Positions 1 through 7,810 are shown, counted from the first letter of the stretch. The stretch: 37,629 nucleotides of DNA from an uncultured bacterium (GCA_964449065.1 CAYVAZ010000007.1:1-37629), one strand, 5' to 3'. The notes: a model not told the origin generated them from the letters alone. Translations and numbers: made by a program.

Positions 1-10
1 CCCTACCGTT

Positions 11-262
11 CTACCTTGCGGCAGCATTCTCCGTTGTTTCGTTGATGATGGTAATAGAAGGGGATGAAGAAGGAACCGGAACGGGTATTCCTTCTTCTTG
101 CAAGATTTGCATATGCTCTTCCATGCCCCATTTTGCCTTATAGATACAGTCTTCGATGGAGTGCCCTACTCCAGAAAAGCCTTCCAATTCGGTTGAGTAG
201 AACCCGAAGAAGTTGGGGTCTTCCGTTGCTTCAATTGTGAGGGAGTATTTGATGTTGATCAT
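11..262 (-). CDS. hicB: HicB-family antitoxin (short form, no C-terminal DNA-binding domain)
   Basis: Pattern 'Y.LTIE...FFGFYSTELEGFSGVGHSIEDCIYKAKWGMEEH...GIPVPVPS' matches the HicB RNase-H-like fold; overlaps the hicA stop (ATGA-type coupling at 259-262). Confidence 0.85.
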   Translation of the reverse strand: MINIKYSLTIEATEDPNFFGFYSTELEGFSGVGHSIEDCIYKAKWGMEEHMQILQEEGIPVPVPSSSPSITIINETTENAAAR

Positions 263-450
263 TTGATTTTAATTCCAGCGGATTTTAGAATTGCGTGGCA
301 TGTCCCTTTGGGAACCTCTTTTGCACCGTGATAATCGATACGAACCAATCTGTTGAGCTCTTCATTTTTATAATAACGAACAGATCCTTTTTCTTTAACA
401 AGAACAAAACCATTCTTCGTTAATAATCGAATCAGTTCGTTGAATGTCAC
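259..450 (-). CDS. hicA: HicA-family mRNA interferase toxin
   Basis: 'TFNELIRLLTKNGFVLVKEKGS...VRIDYHGAKEVPKGTCHAILKSAGI' is a typical HicA sequence. The likely start is GTG at 450 (GAGG 5 nt upstream), not the TTG at 468. Confidence 0.85.
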   Translation of the reverse strand: MTFNELIRLLTKNGFVLVKEKGSVRYYKNEELNRLVRIDYHGAKEVPKGTCHAILKSAGIKIK

Positions 451-459
451 GACATCCTC

Positions 460-488
460 ATTATACAAGAGAATTTCAGAATCAGCAA
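460..488 (-). promoter_or_regulatory. sigma70-type promoter for hicAB
   Basis: Minus strand reads TTGCTG (488-483), a 17-nt spacer, then TATAAT (465-460). Confidence 0.65.
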
Positions 489-498
489 CAAACTTCCC

Positions 499-1929
499 TT
501 ACACCACCCGTAGATTATTAGCAGCAGAAAAGCGTTTAATCTTGCTGAAGGTTTTCGGGGTGCAGGGGCCTTCTCCGGTGGCGCCGGCGATGGTGTAGGC
601 GGTCCAGCCTTCGCCTCCGTAGCCTAGGACCGCCCCGCACGAACCGTTGGAGACAAACAGGTTCACTTTGATCTTTGTGGCGAAATAGGTGATGCGGTCC
701 ATGCGCTGGCTGTGGATGATGGCGGTGTGGCCGAACCCGTGTTCGGCTTCGACGGCGTAATCGACGGCCTGCTCGAAGGTATCGCAGCGCACGCAGCCCA
801 AAATCGGCATCAATAATTCATTGACCACAAAGGGATGGTTGCGGTCCACTTCCGCCAGCAGCAGTTCGCAGTTGGAAGGCACTTGCAGGTTGATGCTTTG
901 GGCGATCTTGGCGGCATCCTGCCCCACCCAATCGCGGTTGACGTGGTTGTCTTCGGTCAGCACCACTTTCATCACGGCTTCGACTTGGCTTTGGTTGAGC
1001 AGATAGGCCCCGCGGTTTTGCATCGCGGTTAAGAATTGGTCATACACGCTGGAAAGAATGAAGGCTTCTTTTTCGCAGATACAGGGCATATTGTTGTCGA
1101 AGGTGGCTCCTTCATAAATGCGGCTGGCCGCGGTGGGCATATCGCAGGTTTCATCGACGATGACCGGCGGGTTGCCCGGTCCGGCGACGATGGCTCGTTT
1201 GGGGCTTTCCATGGCGGCGCGAACGACGGCAGGGCCTCCAGTGGCGACCAGCAGTTTGATATCGGGATGCGTCATCAATTCTTTGGCGGTGCGCAGGGTT
1301 GGTTTGGATACGGATGTTAATAAGTTTGCCGGGGCGCCGGCAGCGACCAACGCGCGGTTGATGTCTTGCATACATTTCAAGGTACATTCAACGGCGCTGG
1401 GATGCGGCCCGAAGACTACCGAGTTCCCGGCGGATAGCATGGCGATGGAGTGGTTAATGACGGTCGCGGTTGGGTTGGTTGAAGGGGTAATTGTGCCAAT
1501 CACGCCGAAGGGCGCGTACTCTTGAATCATCAAGCCTTTGTCGCCGGTGACGCAGGTGGTGGTGAGTTCTTCCACGCCGGGGGTGAGTTCATACGCCAAG
1601 GTGTTTTTGACAACTTTGTGATCGGCGCGTCCCATGCCGGTATCGGAGACGGCCAGTTCCGCCCAATCGCGCGCGTGCTGTTTGGATGTATCGCGAATCA
1701 CTTTGATGAAGCGTTTTCTGTCGTTCAGCGGCATGTCTTCCAATTGGCGCTGGGCATAAGCGGCGGCTTTAATGGCATCATTGACGTCCTCAAACACCCC
1801 GTCGCGGCCTCCGCTGACGGCGCCGCCCGCGCAGGCGATGGCGGGTTGAGGGCCAGTGGTGCTGCCGTTTTGTTTTTGCAGTTCCTGCACAACTTTTGTG
1901 ACGATTTCGGCTATGTTTTGTTCGTTCAT
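499..1929 (-). CDS. CoA-acylating aldehyde dehydrogenase (EutE/PduP family), BMC-encapsulated
   Basis: Motifs PFGVIGTITPSTNP, LLVATGGPAVV, GPGNPPVIVDET, catalytic DNNMPCICEKE and ELLMPIL; N-terminal amphipathic peptide MNEQNIAEIVTKVVQEL. Confidence 0.92.
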   Translation of the reverse strand: MNEQNIAEIVTKVVQELQKQNGSTTGPQPAIACAGGAVSGGRDGVFEDVNDAIKAAAYAQRQLEDMPLNDRKRFIKVIRDTSKQHARDWAELAVSDTGMGRADHKVVKNTLAYELTPGVEELTTTCVTGDKGLMIQEYAPFGVIGTITPSTNPTATVINHSIAMLSAGNSVVFGPHPSAVECTLKCMQDINRALVAAGAPANLLTSVSKPTLRTAKELMTHPDIKLLVATGGPAVVRAAMESPKRAIVAGPGNPPVIVDETCDMPTAASRIYEGATFDNNMPCICEKEAFILSSVYDQFLTAMQNRGAYLLNQSQVEAVMKVVLTEDNHVNRDWVGQDAAKIAQSINLQVPSNCELLLAEVDRNHPFVVNELLMPILGCVRCDTFEQAVDYAVEAEHGFGHTAIIHSQRMDRITYFATKIKVNLFVSNGSCGAVLGYGGEGWTAYTIAGATGEGPCTPKTFSKIKRFSAANNLRVV

Positions 1930-1984
1930 TTTTTTATCCCTAATATGTGTTTCTTAGTTTTGTTCTATTTTTCGCATACTGAAC

Positions 1985-2016
1985 TTCTGGCTCGGCGGGA
2001 GCCTCGCCCTCCCAAT
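1985..2016. repeat. REP-like palindromic repeat (GGCTCGGCGGGAGCCTCGCCCTCC family)
   Basis: A near-identical copy lies at 31554-31587. Confidence 0.7.
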
Positions 2017-2030
2017 GGCTCGCTTGCGCG

Positions 2031-2068
2031 AGTGGTGGGCTACGCTTCGCTTTGAGCCCACCCTACAA
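2031..2068. repeat. GTAG-family REP palindrome, 38 bp, copy 1
   Basis: AGTGGTGGGCTACGCTTCGCTTTGAGCCCACCCTACAA is identical at 3076-3113; stem GGTGGGCT/AGCCCACC with a CTAC (GTAG) tail. Confidence 0.85.
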
Positions 2069-2072
2069 AAAA

Positions 2073-2100
2073 ATCTCTAAACTCTAATATCTAATCTCTA
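2073..2100. repeat. 4x heptamer tandem repeat (A(T/A)(C/A)TCTA)
   Basis: Reads ATCTCTA AACTCTA ATATCTA ATCTCTA, abutting the stop codon of the flavoprotein-like gene. Confidence 0.55.
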
Positions 2101-2994
2101 ACTTTGTTTCGGTACGATTACGACTTCGATTCCTCTGCGTTGGAGGACGTCCAATGCGAGAGGGGTGATTAACCCGCCGCGTGAGACTTTCACGACCGGA
2201 CCGGGCAGCGTTTCGGCATCTTCTTCAGTAATGAGAGTGGAGATCAGGTCTGCTCCGCTCTCGGTGATATTTAAAACGATTCTGGTGATTTTCTGAACGG
2301 TTTCTTCAGCGGATTCAATGCGCATTCCCATGGTGCCCAAGTGGTTGCGGTAGTTTTGCAAGACATCTTGAATGCCGGGCACGTTATTCCCGCACACGAT
2401 GCATGCGGTGGGAAGCAGGCCCTCTTCGGTTGCATAAACCGGAACCTGCTGTGCCAATGCCGCGATGGTGACGTTGAGATATAGGTTATCGGTGATCCCC
2501 AATGCGAGTTTGGCGGCGCTGTTGCGGCTCATCGATGGCAGAAAGACGGCGCTGTAGCGTTTGAGATCATACATCAAGTTCCAGATTTCTTTAGGATTTT
2601 CAATCGGATTGATCCCCAGGCGTTGGATTTCTTCATTGCCGATAATTTCACGGCCATTGGATGAGAAGATGCCGTCGAGGTGGATTCCTTTTTGGCGCCA
2701 ATCTAAAAACGCGCTGCTGATGACATCCCACTTTTCTTTGGCCCCGCTAAGAAGCGATAGGATTGCGGGGCCGTTTGGTTTGGAAATCGTTGCTTGGGGT
2801 TGAGGTGTTGATTGTGATGCGATTGACGGCTGCGTAGATGGATTGAAAAAACCGCAGACCGGGCCCTTGCACGCGTTGGGGTAAACGGTTTCGGTGGGTG
2901 AGGGCGGCAGCATCATGCTTTGTTCGAGTTCGCGCTGCGCCATCACTTGCTGTACGGCATCTTGAACGATTCTGTCTAGGTATTTTAAATCCAT
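2098..2994 (-). CDS. BMC-associated flavoprotein-like protein (HFCD-type fold) with encapsulation peptide
   Basis: 'VFLPSMSRNSAAKLALGITDNL...AALAQQVPV' is the flavoprotein motif; the C-terminal 'LITEEDA...GGLITPLALDVLQRRGIEV' domain is of the type seen in BMC loci; N-terminal LDRIVQDAVQQVM helix followed by a P/S/Q-rich linker. Confidence 0.7.
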   Translation of the reverse strand: MDLKYLDRIVQDAVQQVMAQRELEQSMMLPPSPTETVYPNACKGPVCGFFNPSTQPSIASQSTPQPQATISKPNGPAILSLLSGAKEKWDVISSAFLDWRQKGIHLDGIFSSNGREIIGNEEIQRLGINPIENPKEIWNLMYDLKRYSAVFLPSMSRNSAAKLALGITDNLYLNVTIAALAQQVPVYATEEGLLPTACIVCGNNVPGIQDVLQNYRNHLGTMGMRIESAEETVQKITRIVLNITESGADLISTLITEEDAETLPGPVVKVSRGGLITPLALDVLQRRGIEVVIVPKQS

Positions 2995-3075
2995 TCAACT
3001 GAAATCACTTCTCCGTATTTGGTTGTTCATGGTGGGTCATAGAGACGCGACCGACCTAACAAATTTGCAGATACA

Positions 3076-3113
3076 AGTGGTGGGCTACGCTTCGCTTTGA
3101 GCCCACCCTACAA
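3076..3113. repeat. GTAG-family REP palindrome, 38 bp, copy 2 (degenerate relatives at 3031-3060 and 3114-3127)
   Basis: Identical to 2031-2068. Confidence 0.85.
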
Positions 3114-3155
3114 GAGCCCATCCTATAAATTGAGCCTTACATAAATGAATCCTAT

Positions 3156-3866
3156 TTATACGATAATTTCCACCATCTCGCCGCCGCGCAGTCCGCAGGC
3201 GTTGCCGTCATCGGTATCGAGATGCATTTCATCCAAGTGTGCTTTGTGTACGCGAACCTGGCAGTCTTCCAGCAAGGTCGTTTTATGGGTTTTCACCCGG
3301 ACTTTTACGGATTGATTATCCGTCAAGCCCCATTTTTCCGCCGAATTAGTTGATACATGGACGTGGCGGTTGGCGAGGATGACACCTTTCTCAAGGTGAA
3401 CGACACCGACCGGGCCGACCAAGATCAAGCCGACACTGCCTTCATGGTTTCCTGATGGATTCACAGGGGGATCAATCCCCAAATAAATCGCATCGGTTCG
3501 TGAGACTTCAACTTGCGTTGCCGGGCGCAATGGCCCAAGCACGCGAACCTCACCCATGCAGCGCATCCGTGGGCCGACCAGCGTTAACGCTTGCTTGGCG
3601 GCGTATTGTCCCGGCTGATAGAGATCGCGCATCGGTTCAAGTTCGGAGCCGGAGCCGAACAGGATATCGAGATGCTCACGGCAAAGGTGAATGTGGCGAA
3701 CCGAAATGTTGCAGGGAACCAACTTCTTACCGGCGTTTGCCGGAACATGAACCGGGGACGATGGCGCATGCGCGGTTGGCGATGGAGCGGATACGCTGGA
3801 GCGGTACCGCTCCAGTACCTGGCGCGTCACTTGTTCGATTAGTTGCGAATCGATTTTAGTACTCAT
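3156..3866 (-). CDS. pduL: Phosphate propanoyl/acyltransferase PduL with encapsulation peptide
   Basis: Motifs SVRHIHL, LYQPGQYAA, VRVLGPLR..TQVEVSRTDA, RHVH and EMHLDTDDGNA; N-terminal IEQVTRQVLER helix plus Pro/Ser linker. Confidence 0.93.
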   Translation of the reverse strand: MSTKIDSQLIEQVTRQVLERYRSSVSAPSPTAHAPSSPVHVPANAGKKLVPCNISVRHIHLCREHLDILFGSGSELEPMRDLYQPGQYAAKQALTLVGPRMRCMGEVRVLGPLRPATQVEVSRTDAIYLGIDPPVNPSGNHEGSVGLILVGPVGVVHLEKGVILANRHVHVSTNSAEKWGLTDNQSVKVRVKTHKTTLLEDCQVRVHKAHLDEMHLDTDDGNACGLRGGEMVEIIV

Positions 3867-3982
3867 AATCCCCCATCAGTTATTCATCGTTACCATTCAA
3901 AACACATTCCAGTACATGCGAAAGTTCTGGAACAAAAATCTGAAGCGCCCGTGTTTGCAGGCGCTATGTGTTTGGATACGAC

Positions 3983-4258
3983 TTATTTAGAGGGCAAAAT
4001 ACCTTCGATATCTGAATGAGGACGTGGAATGACATGAACAGAAACCACTTCACCAACTTTGCGGGCAGCCGCGGCGCCGGAATCGGTGGCCGCTTTCACT
4101 GCGCCAACATCTCCGCGAACCATTACGGTGACAAAACCGCCTCCGATTTTTTCTTTACCAATGAGCGTTACATTTGCGGCTTTGACCATGGCATCCGCCG
4201 CTTCGATAGATCCAACCAACCCACGTGTTTCCACTAAACCTAATGCTTTACCTTCCAC
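3983..4258 (-). CDS. BMC-H hexameric shell protein (EutM/PduA/CcmK family)
   Basis: [26 protein letters not shown]...[10 protein letters not shown]...[11 protein letters not shown] start preceded by a GGAGG RBS. Confidence 0.96.
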   Translation of the reverse strand: MEGKALGLVETRGLVGSIEAADAMVKAANVTLIGKEKIGGGFVTVMVRGDVGAVKAATDSGAAAARKVGEVVSVHVIPRPHSDIEGILPSK

Positions 4259-4411
4259 GGGAATATCCTCCAGTTATTTTTCCAATGTTTTACAGAGATT
4301 ATTTGAGTTTATAAAAAACAATTGAATTCAATCACAAGGGCTTTCGCCGCTGCAAACCCAAGAGTTCTGTAAGATATTGGTTTTTTTCTTTGTTAAATAT
4401 CTATTGCCAAA

Positions 4412-4440
4412 ACATTACGTCCGGTTCGCATAGATGTCAA
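4412..4440 (-). promoter_or_regulatory. sigma70-type promoter of the BMC operon
   Basis: Minus strand reads TTGACA (4440-4435), a 17-nt spacer, then TAATGT (4417-4412), about 150 nt upstream of the BMC-H start. Confidence 0.55.
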
Positions 4441-4508
4441 GCCAGAGCGTTCAATATCGCACATCTTTGCTGAAAAATAATAGAATTTCCAGTAGATTGT
4501 CAAGTAAA

Positions 4509-5294
4509 TTATCTTGACAAAAAGAGCATCTCTCCCGGTTTGAATTCATCAAACGTTGCCTTTTGATAATCGCTGTACACCGATTGGATTTCGAAGCCGC
4601 AGCGGGCGAGGAGATGTTCGATTTCGTAGCGAAAGAAGTAGCGCATAGGGTAGGAGGTAGTGAAGGTATTTGATGAGCCGTCCGTCTCTGTGATGTGGTA
4701 AGTGTGTTCGGCATGGACGACTTGAAGGTTGGGATTGGGGGAAGTGTTTTTTTGTGTCCGTTGAATTGTTCTGCCATCGGGGATTTTTACTTTCGGCTCA
4801 TTGTGGATAGCGTGGGCTTCTTTTTCGTCAAGAATGCGTTGGAGAATGGGATTGAAGAGGTCGAGGATTAATAGGCCGTTTGGTTTAAGGTGCTTGGATA
4901 CGCATTGCAGGCAGGCGAGTTGATCTTCGATTGAAATGAGATGATGGAAGCCGCGAAAAGGTATGGTGATGAGGGAAAATTGCTCTCCAAGATCAAAGTC
5001 GGTCATGTTGGCTTGATGGAGTTGGATGTTGTATTGGATTTCAGATGAAAGAGATTCCAACTTTTGGCGGCAGCGATTGAGCATTGGCGTGGATAAATCA
5101 AGCCCAATGATGGATATGCCTGCTTGGGCAGTGGGGATGAGAACCCGTCCGGTGCCGCAGCCAAGTTCGAGGACATTCCCGCCTGCTTGTTTTGCTTGGT
5201 TGACAAAGAAGGCAATATCATCGCGCTGGTTGAGTGGCTCAGCGTAGTCGTAATAGTCGGCGACGATTTCGGATTCATAGCCTGTAAGGGTCAT
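4509..5294 (-). CDS. Class I SAM-dependent methyltransferase
   Basis: VLELGCGTGR motif I, GLDLS..ML, and LKPNGLLILD. Confidence 0.9.
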   Translation of the reverse strand: MTLTGYESEIVADYYDYAEPLNQRDDIAFFVNQAKQAGGNVLELGCGTGRVLIPTAQAGISIIGLDLSTPMLNRCRQKLESLSSEIQYNIQLHQANMTDFDLGEQFSLITIPFRGFHHLISIEDQLACLQCVSKHLKPNGLLILDLFNPILQRILDEKEAHAIHNEPKVKIPDGRTIQRTQKNTSPNPNLQVVHAEHTYHITETDGSSNTFTTSYPMRYFFRYEIEHLLARCGFEIQSVYSDYQKATFDEFKPGEMLFLSR

Positions 5295-5346
5295 CGGTCA
5301 TCCTGATCGGTTTCGCAAACAAACTCAACCGACTAATCTCATCCCT

Positions 5347-5374
5347 GATATCCCAACAAAGATATCCCAACAAA
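5347..5374. repeat. Perfect 14-bp tandem duplication GATATCCCAACAAA x2
   Basis: Read directly at 5347-5360 and 5361-5374. Confidence 0.8.
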
Positions 5375-5646
5375 AAGGAAAATGGACAATAACATGATGG
5401 CGTATATTTTGGAGCGGGAATCTTACCTGTAGAGCATATGTTTGCAAGTTGGAAGCGTGCATATTTTTGACTTTTTGCCGCTTCGTCATCACTCATAACC
5501 TGTCACTGTTTTCAAATTCTGGACTCCCTATCATGAAATACTGACAAAATCTAAACCGAATAATGGAACCCAAACGTTGTAATTCGCCGATAATTTTCTA
5601 AAATAATCGTGATCGTATTAATCATTCACTCAAGAGGAGAATTTTC

Positions 5647-6228
5647 ATGTACAAACTGATCTTCGGATTCGCAGCAGTCGCAATGCTTATTGTTATCACC
5701 GTGCAGTTAAACGCAGTCGGCAGTGCCCTCAAAGAAGGAGAGAAGTCCATTTACGATTTCAAAGTCAAAAACATCGACGGCAAAGAAGTATATTTTAATG
5801 AGTATAAAGGCAAAGTCATGGTCATCATCAATGTGGCTTCCAAATGCGGCTTTACCCCGCAATATGAAGACATGCAGGCATTGTACAAAGAATACCAAGA
5901 CAAAGGCGTGGTCGTCATGGGCTTCCCGGCCAACAACTACGGCAAACAAGAACCGGGCACCGAAGCCGAAATTAAAGAATTCTGCACCGCCAACTTCAAT
6001 ATCACCTTCCCGATGTTCTCCAAAGTGTCCACCAAAGGTGACGATCAGCACCCCTTATTCAAATATTTGACCTCGTTAGAAAACCCCGATTTCAAAGGGG
6101 AAATCAAATGGAACTTCGAAAAGTTCATCATCGGCAAAGATGGGAAACTGCTCCGCCGTTTCCGCAGCAAAACCAACCCCTCCTCCGATGAATTCAAACA
6201 AGCCGTCGAAGACGCTTTAAAAGGCTAA
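5647..6228 (+). CDS. Glutathione peroxidase family protein (Cys-type, BtuE-like) with signal peptide
   Basis: NVASKCGFTPQY, GFPANNYGKQEPG and IKWNFEKF; hydrophobic N-terminus; GAGGAG RBS. Confidence 0.93.
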   Translation: MYKLIFGFAAVAMLIVITVQLNAVGSALKEGEKSIYDFKVKNIDGKEVYFNEYKGKVMVIINVASKCGFTPQYEDMQALYKEYQDKGVVVMGFPANNYGKQEPGTEAEIKEFCTANFNITFPMFSKVSTKGDDQHPLFKYLTSLENPDFKGEIKWNFEKFIIGKDGKLLRRFRSKTNPSSDEFKQAVEDALKG

Positions 6229-6249
6229 ATATATTTTTTGGTCCCTAAG

Positions 6250-6277
6250 AAAAGAGCCGGCATTTGCCGGCTCTTTT
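6250..6277 (+). terminator. Rho-independent terminator (possibly bidirectional)
   Basis: AAAAGAGCCGGCA-TT-TGCCGGCTCTTTT directly after the peroxidase stop codon. Confidence 0.85.
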
Positions 6278-6469
6278 GGTTGAAGTTCTTTTCATCGTCT
6301 GAAGCCATCAGCAAACAGTAAAATGATGTAGAACCCGCTGTTGTTTTGCTGTGCAGGGATCATGCCAGTACTGTAGGTTGAAGCAGGCGGGCAAACCCCT
6401 ATGCCATTTCGCTTCCCCCTCCCTTTTTACGGAGAGAAATGACATACTCCCCCCAACAGTAATAGTGGA

Positions 6470-7810
6470 TTGATCCACTTCATTTTCATGGTACATTACA
6501 AAAATACGAAACCACTTGAAACCAATCTTATTATGGATGCATCGTTACGGCTCAAAGAAGAAATGTCTTATTATCCATACGTATTGGATGATATGGTAAC
6601 GGTCTTGGAAGAATGTGCCCTGGAACCGTTTCGGCTTCGAAAAAATGACCAAAGCTTGTTCGCCGAAACCATGAAAATACTCACCCAAAAAATCGTTCAT
6701 TTGCCACCCATTTTGCAGGATGAATTGATGCTATCAAATAAAGGCAGGGTGAATATAGCCCTCGGTTATCTTTACCAACTTTATTTCATCGACGCGGTCA
6801 ATGCCAGAAAACGGCATGAGAACTTGAAATACACCATCACAATGAACGGCGAAGAATGGTTGAACCTACCTCCCAAACAAAGACTTAAATGGATTCTGGA
6901 TTACTTCAAATCCCAAATCTATCCAAACGAAGATCAAATGGATGATGGATTTCATGTACAAAATTTAAATTTCGTACCCAATATAAACTATTTGACGATA
7001 TTTGTTAACCGTGTGGAGTTCACGCGGAAGCTAGTGGACGCATTTGCTTCCATTGCCGATGAAGGCCTAATTACTTATGAAGAATTCTTCAACCGCCAAG
7101 AGAAAAGCGATAACCCGCTTATAAAGGTTGTCCGGCAAAAATCGTTTCCCAGTTATTTCACGCTCGATCAATCATCGGCGATAAAGAGGTGGATAGAAAC
7201 GTTAGAAATGTTTCTGTTTGAGCGTTTGGTGCCGTTGGGTTGTGTGAAACTTGGGTACTGTAACAATGGGGGAATCGCACTCTCCATAACAGAAATCGGC
7301 CATTATTTGTTGAATGATACAGATGACTTTGATTATCAATTTGAGGAATCGGATACGGTTTTGATCCAACCCAATTTTGAAGTATTTTTCCCCCACAATT
7401 CTCCACGCGCGGAAAGTATCCTCGCGAAATTCGCCGAACGAGTCGGCCAGCATGTTGGAATCCTATTTCGGTTGACCCCGGCCTCCGTTCAGCGCGCCGC
7501 ATTCAGCGGAATCACGGCCGAAGAAATTCTCGATTCCCTTACGCGCCTAAGCAAAAAAGACATTCCCGCGAATGTAACAATCGATATCCAGGAATGGCAC
7601 CGGCAAGTTCGGTATGTTGAATCCCAAAACGTGCTTGTGTTTCAATGTCCTGATATGGAAACCGCGTCAAAAATCAAAAAAGCAGGTGGAAAAAAGGTCG
7701 AACTGCTGACGGATACTACGCTCATGTTTTTAGAGCCGAACAAACAACAATCCTTGATTCGAAAATTAAATAAAGTGGGGATATTCGTGAAAGAAAAATC
7801 GAAAGCATGA
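6470..7810 (+). CDS. XPB/Ssl2-type helicase-associated (Helicase_C_3-like) domain protein; start uncertain
   Basis: C-terminal 'LIQPNFEV...LAKFAE...FRLTPASVQRA...GITAEEILDSL..LSKKDIPANV..DIQEW' matches the domain. No Walker motifs. The start could be 6470 (TTG), 6488 or 6533. Confidence 0.72.
   Translation: MIHFIFMVHYKNTKPLETNLIMDASLRLKEEMSYYPYVLDDMVTVLEECALEPFRLRKNDQSLFAETMKILTQKIVHLPPILQDELMLSNKGRVNIALGYLYQLYFIDAVNARKRHENLKYTITMNGEEWLNLPPKQRLKWILDYFKSQIYPNEDQMDDGFHVQNLNFVPNINYLTIFVNRVEFTRKLVDAFASIADEGLITYEEFFNRQEKSDNPLIKVVRQKSFPSYFTLDQSSAIKRWIETLEMFLFERLVPLGCVKLGYCNNGGIALSITEIGHYLLNDTDDFDYQFEESDTVLIQPNFEVFFPHNSPRAESILAKFAERVGQHVGILFRLTPASVQRAAFSGITAEEILDSLTRLSKKDIPANVTIDIQEWHRQVRYVESQNVLVFQCPDMETASKIKKAGGKKVELLTDTTLMFLEPNKQQSLIRKLNKVGIFVKEKSKA

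Noticed and set aside
821..2055. Several plus-strand ORFs (up to 177 aa) opposite the aldehyde dehydrogenase
   Set aside because: Antisense shadows of a strongly conserved gene, with no motifs or RBS. The same applies to shadow ORFs over cysS, purL, mreB and the propeller genes.
6380..6425. GGGCAAACCC resembling the start of a c-di-GMP-I riboswitch
   Set aside because: The following GNRA-capped stem and the GCAAAGC/P2 elements are missing.
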